DNA from: Spirochaetia bacterium
GTDB taxonomy: Bacteria; Spirochaetota; Spirochaetia; CADAEX01
NCBI GenBank assembly: GCA_045606105.1
Contig: JAZURI010000001.1
Span: forward strand, 96,001 to 160,000
Length of the DNA stretch: 64,000 nucleotides
Reading direction: 5' to 3'
Notes under the pieces: generated by a model
Database searches by the model: none
Seen by the model: only the letters and a program-made list of their open reading frames with translations
Told to the model about the DNA's origin: nothing
Position numbers and translations under genes: made by a program
Shown: one piece after another, positions 59,238-64,000 of the stretch
Layout of the letters: every line of letters begins with the position of its first letter
Numbering within the stretch: position 1 is the first letter of the stretch

Positions 59238-61150
59238 GCAGTAATTCAGAAGAATGGAAAAGGCTTGTTTCTTCTCATTCCGACCAGTTTTTTACAGATC
59301 TGGCCAGGAATTATCTGGGAGATATAAAATCTCTGTCCAACCGGCAGCGGCTGACAGACAAGCTCAGGGAATTTCTGACAGAACCGGAAAACACCGAAAG
59401 GATCCTTTCCCTTATCGATGAGAAGGATGCCTCCCTGCTGACTGCCGTGAGCATTCTCGGTTGCAGTACTCCGGGTGCCCTGTATACTCTTTTTGCTCCC
59501 GAACAGAGTTATCTTGATTTCTATAAGCATCTCATAAACTTGGAGGAGCGGATGCTGCTCTGCCGGGACGGCGGAAAGGTTGTCATCTCACCTTTGTTCC
59601 GCGACATTCTTGAGGAAAGGATAATAGATACCGACATGTTTATCGGCTGTGTACCGTGCAGACCCGAAACCGGGGATTTTCCTCCTTGGTACAGCCCGTC
59701 AGCCCTTTCCGCCTTTTTTTCCTATCTGCTGAGAGGGGGAAGCCTTTTCAGGAACGATTTCTCCTTCCGCAAGAAATATGCCGGTGAGCTTAAAGCCCTG
59801 CTGGCCCCCTCCTTTGCCGGAGGTGACGGGGATGCCTGCGTGGAATACCTGCGCCGGTTCTTCATTGAAAACAATCTGGTCAGGGTATCGGATAAGAAGA
59901 TAACTCCTGTCATGCCGGTCATAAAGGAGTTCATGGAACTGACACCGGAAAAGCAGAAGCAGCTTGTTCTCAGGACAGTAACGGGAAACACATCGGCAGC
60001 TGCCTGCTTCCTGGAAAACATCTCCCCTGACAGGAGCTGTTCCGAAAAGGCCCTTGCCCGGCTCCTCCGGTGCTGCTGTGCCGCATCCGGTGCGGCGGAA
60101 TGCCGGTACGAGGAAATCAGGGACACCCTGGCCGGAGCAGCCCTTATTGTTAAAACCGGAAACAGCTGGCATGCCACCGCAGAGTGGGACCACAGGGAGC
60201 CGGGCCGGTTTGTGGTACAGCCCAATTCCTCTGTCTATGTTTCGGGAAATGTTTCTCTCAGGGACAACATGTTTCTCGCCCTGTGTGCCGATATCAGGGA
60301 GATGGATTTTGTCAGCAGGTACGAGATTACCAGGGAGAGCTTTTTCAGGGCCCTGGCTTCAGGTATCGATGCCCGCCGTTTCATAGAATTCCTGGAGGAA
60401 AAATCGGGCAGCACCCTTCCTCAGAATATTCTCTTCTCTCTCAGAAGCTGGGAAAGCGAATTCAACAGCATATCGGTGGACAGGGGCTTTGTGGTCAAGG
60501 TGGATGACAGGTTCCGTCCCGTGCTGGAAAGCAACCGTAGCTTCAATGCCAGGATAAAGGAAAAGCTGGCAGAGGGGGTATATTTCGTGCCGGAGGAAAA
60601 TATGGAGTGGGTAAGCAGATATCTTAAAACCCTTTCCGGCTGCGAATTCATGGCACATTCCGAAGAAAAGGGGACATTCCCGCCGTTGTCGGTCCGCGGC
60701 TCCGTACCGGGTCTGAGATTCAGCTCCGGCGGCAGGAAAAGAACCGGCTCCGGCACATGGGATCCCGAAATCCATGAACGGAAAATAGCGGAGCTCAACA
60801 TCTTTCCGGAGCAGAAGGAAATCCTCCGGGAACGGGTCCGCAGCCGTCTTATCCTTTCCGAAACCCAGCTGGACAGCGAGAATATCAGATACGAAAAGAA
60901 CGAGGCCCGGGGTATCGACTACAACGGAAAGCTGAGGCTCTGCGAACAGGTGGTCCGGAACGGAGGCTATTATCTGGAGATTCTTCTTGCCGGTGAGAAA
61001 CGGGGAATAATGCTTGAGCCCCAGGGACTCAGGAAGACAGAAGGGGATCATGTCCTGTCAGGCATCGTGGTGGGTGACGGGGAAAAAACAGAGATATATA
61101 TCAGGAAAATAGGAGTGGTCAGAAGAATACGCATTTCTTTTAATGATTGA
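59234..61150 (+). CDS. Helicase-associated (XPB/Helicase_C_3-like) domain protein
   Basis: VVQPN...YEITRES..RAL..G...FLEEKS...LPQNILFSLRSW signature; no helicase Walker motifs seen. Confidence 0.75.
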   Translation: MSSNSEEWKRLVSSHSDQFFTDLARNYLGDIKSLSNRQRLTDKLREFLTEPENTERILSLIDEKDASLLTAVSILGCSTPGALYTLFAPEQSYLDFYKHLINLEERMLLCRDGGKVVISPLFRDILEERIIDTDMFIGCVPCRPETGDFPPWYSPSALSAFFSYLLRGGSLFRNDFSFRKKYAGELKALLAPSFAGGDGDACVEYLRRFFIENNLVRVSDKKITPVMPVIKEFMELTPEKQKQLVLRTVTGNTSAAACFLENISPDRSCSEKALARLLRCCCAASGAAECRYEEIRDTLAGAALIVKTGNSWHATAEWDHREPGRFVVQPNSSVYVSGNVSLRDNMFLALCADIREMDFVSRYEITRESFFRALASGIDARRFIEFLEEKSGSTLPQNILFSLRSWESEFNSISVDRGFVVKVDDRFRPVLESNRSFNARIKEKLAEGVYFVPEENMEWVSRYLKTLSGCEFMAHSEEKGTFPPLSVRGSVPGLRFSSGGRKRTGSGTWDPEIHERKIAELNIFPEQKEILRERVRSRLILSETQLDSENIRYEKNEARGIDYNGKLRLCEQVVRNGGYYLEILLAGEKRGIMLEPQGLRKTEGDHVLSGIVVGDGEKTEIYIRKIGVVRRIRISFND

Positions 61151-61209
61151 CACTTCACGATAATTTTTTATAATAGTCTTGACTATTTCTTTTGAAACTG
61201 TTATAAAAT

Positions 61210-61290
61210 GCGAGAGTGGTGAAATTGGTAGACACGCTAGACTTAGGATCTAGTGCCAAAGGCATAAGGGTTCGAGTCCCTTCCCTCGCA
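61210..61290 (+). tRNA. tRNA-Leu(TAG)
   Basis: CTAGA-CTTAGGA-TCTAG anticodon arm; variable arm; GGTTCGAGTCC T arm. Confidence 0.93.
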
Positions 61291-61309
61291 AAGGAAGAAT
61301 ACCAAATTC

Positions 61310-61381
61310 GCGGGAGTAGCTCAGTGGTAGAGCGCCACCTTGCCAAGGTGGATGTCGCGGGTCCAATCCCCGTCTCCCGCT
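61310..61381 (+). tRNA. tRNA-Gly(GCC)
   Basis: CCACC-TTGCCAA-GGTGG anticodon arm; GCGGGAG/CTCCCGC acceptor stem; atypical T-loop TCCAATC. Confidence 0.92.
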
Positions 61382-61391
61382 CTCTTTTTAC

Positions 61392-61416
61392 AGCAGCTGA
61401 ACAAGCTGCTTTTTTT
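61392..61416 (+). terminator. Intrinsic terminator after the tRNA pair
   Basis: agcagct-gaaca-agctgct followed by a T-tract. Confidence 0.8.
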
Positions 61417-61497
61417 ATTTTTTTTACATATATACAAAACTATAATTATTTTATATTATATTAATATCTACCCTATAAAAATTGTAAGAGGAAGACA

Positions 61498-62853
61498 GTG
61501 ATAGCAAACAAAGAAATTAAATGTCTTGAAAATTCAAAGGTTGAACTTTCTGTTAAGGTCGGAAAAGAATTTGTTAAGAAAGAGTATGACGAGCTCCTTG
61601 CAAAATATGCAAAGACAGCTCACATCAAAGGCTTCAGAAAGGGAAAGGTTCCTGCAGCAGTTCTTGAAAGAAAATTCGGGGATTCACTTGTTAAGGAAGC
61701 CGGCTTTAACGTGATTGAAAAGAGCCTTGAAGAGGCACTCATCGATGTGGAGAAAAAACCACTTCCATATTTCACACCGATCCTGAAGGATGAAGAGAAC
61801 CTTAAGCTTGAACTGGATTCAGACATTGAATATACAGTTGAATACGACACATTCCCTGATGTTGAACTGGGGGAATACAAAGGTGTTGAAATCGAGGTTC
61901 CTGAAGTAACAATCGCAGAATCAGACATCAACCGCGAGCTGGACAGATACAGGGAGCAGAATGCCATCGTTACAGAAAAACGGGGCGGAAAGGTAGCAAA
62001 GGACAATGTTGTTACAGTAAGCTATACCGAGGTTGACGACCAGGATCAGGAAATCAAGGGAACAGCAAGAGAGGATTTCACTTTCACAGTAGGAACAGGA
62101 TACAATTTCTACAAGTTCGATGACGAGCTTATCGGATTCAAGAAGGATGAAGAGAGAATCATCGAGAAGGAATATGCTCCTGATTTCGAATTCAAGGACC
62201 TTGCCGGAAGAAAGATCAGAATCAAGGTAAAGGTTACAAGCATCAAGAAAAAAGAGCTTCCTGAAATCACAGACGAACTGGCTCAGGATATCAGCGAAAA
62301 CTACAAGACAGCTGCAGACCTCATCGAGGATGTAAAGAAGCGTCTCAACGGTGTTACAGAAATGAAGATGGAAGAGGAAAAGAGAAGACTTGCCATGGGC
62401 AAGATCATCGAAGGAACAAAGGTTGCTCCTCCTCAGGCCATGATTGATAACCAGCTGGACACAATGTGGACAAACTTTATCTACCGTTTCGGCGGCGACG
62501 AAAAGCAGGTTGAAGCACTTCTTTCCGCAGAAGGAAAGACAAGAGAAGACCTTGTTAAGGAATGGGAACCTGAAGCACTCCGTGCCGTAAAGTCACAGCT
62601 TATCATTTCCAAGATCGGACAGGCAGAGAACTTCACAGTAACAGACGAGGATCTTGATGCGGAAATCAGGGTTCAGGCAGACAGAAACGGAATGCCGTAC
62701 GAGGATTTCAAGGCTTATGTTCAGGAAAACAAGATGAACGAATACCTTACAATCGGAATCCTTGAAAGAAAGGCTTATGCTTTCATCCTTGAAAATGCAA
62801 AAATCAAAGAGGTAGGAAAGATGAAATATCTCGACTTCCTCCATAAGGCTTGA
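61498..62853 (+). CDS. tig: Trigger factor
   Basis: KGFRKGKVP ribosome-binding motif, FKBP-like domain, upstream of clpP. Confidence 0.96.
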   Translation: MIANKEIKCLENSKVELSVKVGKEFVKKEYDELLAKYAKTAHIKGFRKGKVPAAVLERKFGDSLVKEAGFNVIEKSLEEALIDVEKKPLPYFTPILKDEENLKLELDSDIEYTVEYDTFPDVELGEYKGVEIEVPEVTIAESDINRELDRYREQNAIVTEKRGGKVAKDNVVTVSYTEVDDQDQEIKGTAREDFTFTVGTGYNFYKFDDELIGFKKDEERIIEKEYAPDFEFKDLAGRKIRIKVKVTSIKKKELPEITDELAQDISENYKTAADLIEDVKKRLNGVTEMKMEEEKRRLAMGKIIEGTKVAPPQAMIDNQLDTMWTNFIYRFGGDEKQVEALLSAEGKTREDLVKEWEPEALRAVKSQLIISKIGQAENFTVTDEDLDAEIRVQADRNGMPYEDFKAYVQENKMNEYLTIGILERKAYAFILENAKIKEVGKMKYLDFLHKA

Positions 62854-62863
62854 TTATTCTGAA

Positions 62864-63475
62864 ATGAATGAAAAAATGAACAATCTGGTTCCTGTCGTTG
62901 TAGAACAGACAGGAAACGGAGAAAGATCATATGATATCTATTCAAGACTGCTGAAGGACAGGATTATTTTTCTGGACGGAGAAATAAATGACCTTTCGGC
63001 AGATCTTGTGGTTGCTCAGCTTCTTTTTCTGGAATCCCAGGATCCTGAGCGGGATATCAGTCTTTACATAAATTCTCCCGGCGGTTCGGTTACTGCCGGG
63101 CTTGCAATCTACGATACCATCAAATACATCAGACCTGATGTCCAGACCATCTGTATCGGACAGGCTGCATCCATGGCGGCCGTTATTCTTGCCGGCGGTG
63201 CGGCAGGCAAAAGATTTTCCCTTCCGTCGGGGCGCGTGATGATTCATCAGCCATGGGGCGGTGCCGAAGGGCAGTCCAGGGATATCAATATCCAGGCCCG
63301 TGAAATTCTCCGTCTCAAGGAAATGCTCATAGAATATATTGCTCAGGATACAGGCAGGTCAGCCGAAGCTGTGGCAGCCGATATGGAAAGGGATAACTAC
63401 ATGTCTGCTTCCGATGCCCTCGGTTACGGAATAATCGACAGGATAATGAACAAGACAAAAAATGGCAAAAAATAA
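62864..63475 (+). CDS. clpP: ATP-dependent Clp protease proteolytic subunit
   Basis: [30 protein letters not shown] motifs. Confidence 0.97.
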   Translation: MNEKMNNLVPVVVEQTGNGERSYDIYSRLLKDRIIFLDGEINDLSADLVVAQLLFLESQDPERDISLYINSPGGSVTAGLAIYDTIKYIRPDVQTICIGQAASMAAVILAGGAAGKRFSLPSGRVMIHQPWGGAEGQSRDINIQAREILRLKEMLIEYIAQDTGRSAEAVAADMERDNYMSASDALGYGIIDRIMNKTKNGKK

Positions 63476-64000
63476 GATTCAGTGCAGCTTCTGCGGTCTT
63501 CCGGAGGAAATGGTCAGCTTTCTCGTACCGGGTATCAACGGATATATCTGTGAAAACTGCATAGATATGTGTCATACCTTCCTTGAAGAGGGGCGTAAGA
63601 ACAAAAACAAAAAAGGGAAGAAAATCTCCAGACAGCCTGTATGTACAGATGTGACACCGCAGGAACTGAAGGAATTTCTCGATCAGTATGTAATCGGTCA
63701 GGATAAGGCAAAAAAGGTACTTTCCGTGGCGGTTTACAATCATTACAAGAGAATTTTCAGCAAGGAGAGGATTTCCGGCGATGTGGAGCTGGATAAGTCC
63801 AATGTTCTCATGATAGGTCCTACAGGTACCGGAAAGACACTCCTGGCAAAAAGCCTTGCAAAAAAACTCAATGTTCCCTTTGCCATTGCAGATGCCACCA
63901 CCCTTACAGAGGCAGGCTATGTGGGCGAGGATGTGGAAAATATCCTTCTCAAGCTTATCCAGGCTGCAGACGAAGATATCGAGGCAGCAGAAAAGGGTAT
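63462..64000 (+). CDS. clpX: ClpX ATPase, 3'-truncated by the window edge
   Basis: Translated by hand: [12 protein letters not shown]...ICENC zinc finger, [43 protein letters not shown]. Confidence 0.96.
   Translation, partial: MAKNKIQCSFCGLPEEMVSFLVPGINGYICENCIDMCHTFLEEGRKNKNKKGKKISRQPVCTDVTPQELKEFLDQYVIGQDKAKKVLSVAVYNHYKRIFSKERISGDVELDKSNVLMIGPTGTGKTLLAKSLAKKLNVPFAIADATTLTEAGYVGEDVENILLKLIQAADEDIEAAEKG

Noticed and set aside
61210-61290. A-C mismatch in the tRNA-Leu(TAG) acceptor stem
   Set aside because: Single mismatches are tolerated and the rest of the structure is canonical.
61155-61464. Short ORFs over the tRNA-Leu/Gly pair (likewise 6221-6484 over tRNA-Leu)
   Set aside because: Spurious translations of tRNA genes.
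1-64000. CRISPR array, cas genes, IS transposases, rRNA
   Set aside because: No repeat-spacer periodicity or recognisable motifs found by eye.

Overview
Bacterial chromosomal window, most likely from a spirochaete (class I LysRS, KFSKS-type MetRS, FemAB-like protein, bactofilin, lipoprotein-rich gene set); the taxon is inferred, not searched. Bases 1-~6400 are the end of a prophage-like region: two mosaic tail/receptor-binding genes, then small AT-rich cargo and regulator genes ending at the 3' end of tRNA-Leu(CAG). The rest is mostly housekeeping: ymdB-like, rsmE, ctpA, lgt, pta, mtaB, phosphomutase, metG, UDP-glucose pyrophosphorylase, a Zn/Mn ABC transporter, icd, tkt, cca, lysS, an RND pump, five more tRNAs, and tig-clpP-clpX. 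Three things stand out. (1) A 4.4-kb integrase-free island of four envelope/lipoprotein genes plus an XRE regulator, bounded by a perfect 22-bp direct repeat that carries the stop codons of all four bordering genes. (2) A 2199-aa Sec-signal protein with polymorphic-toxin-like architecture and a translationally coupled candidate immunity gene. (3) A Cys-rich ribbon-helix-helix regulator with its own operator heading the metal-uptake operon. All product calls come from motif recognition by eye; no database search was run.
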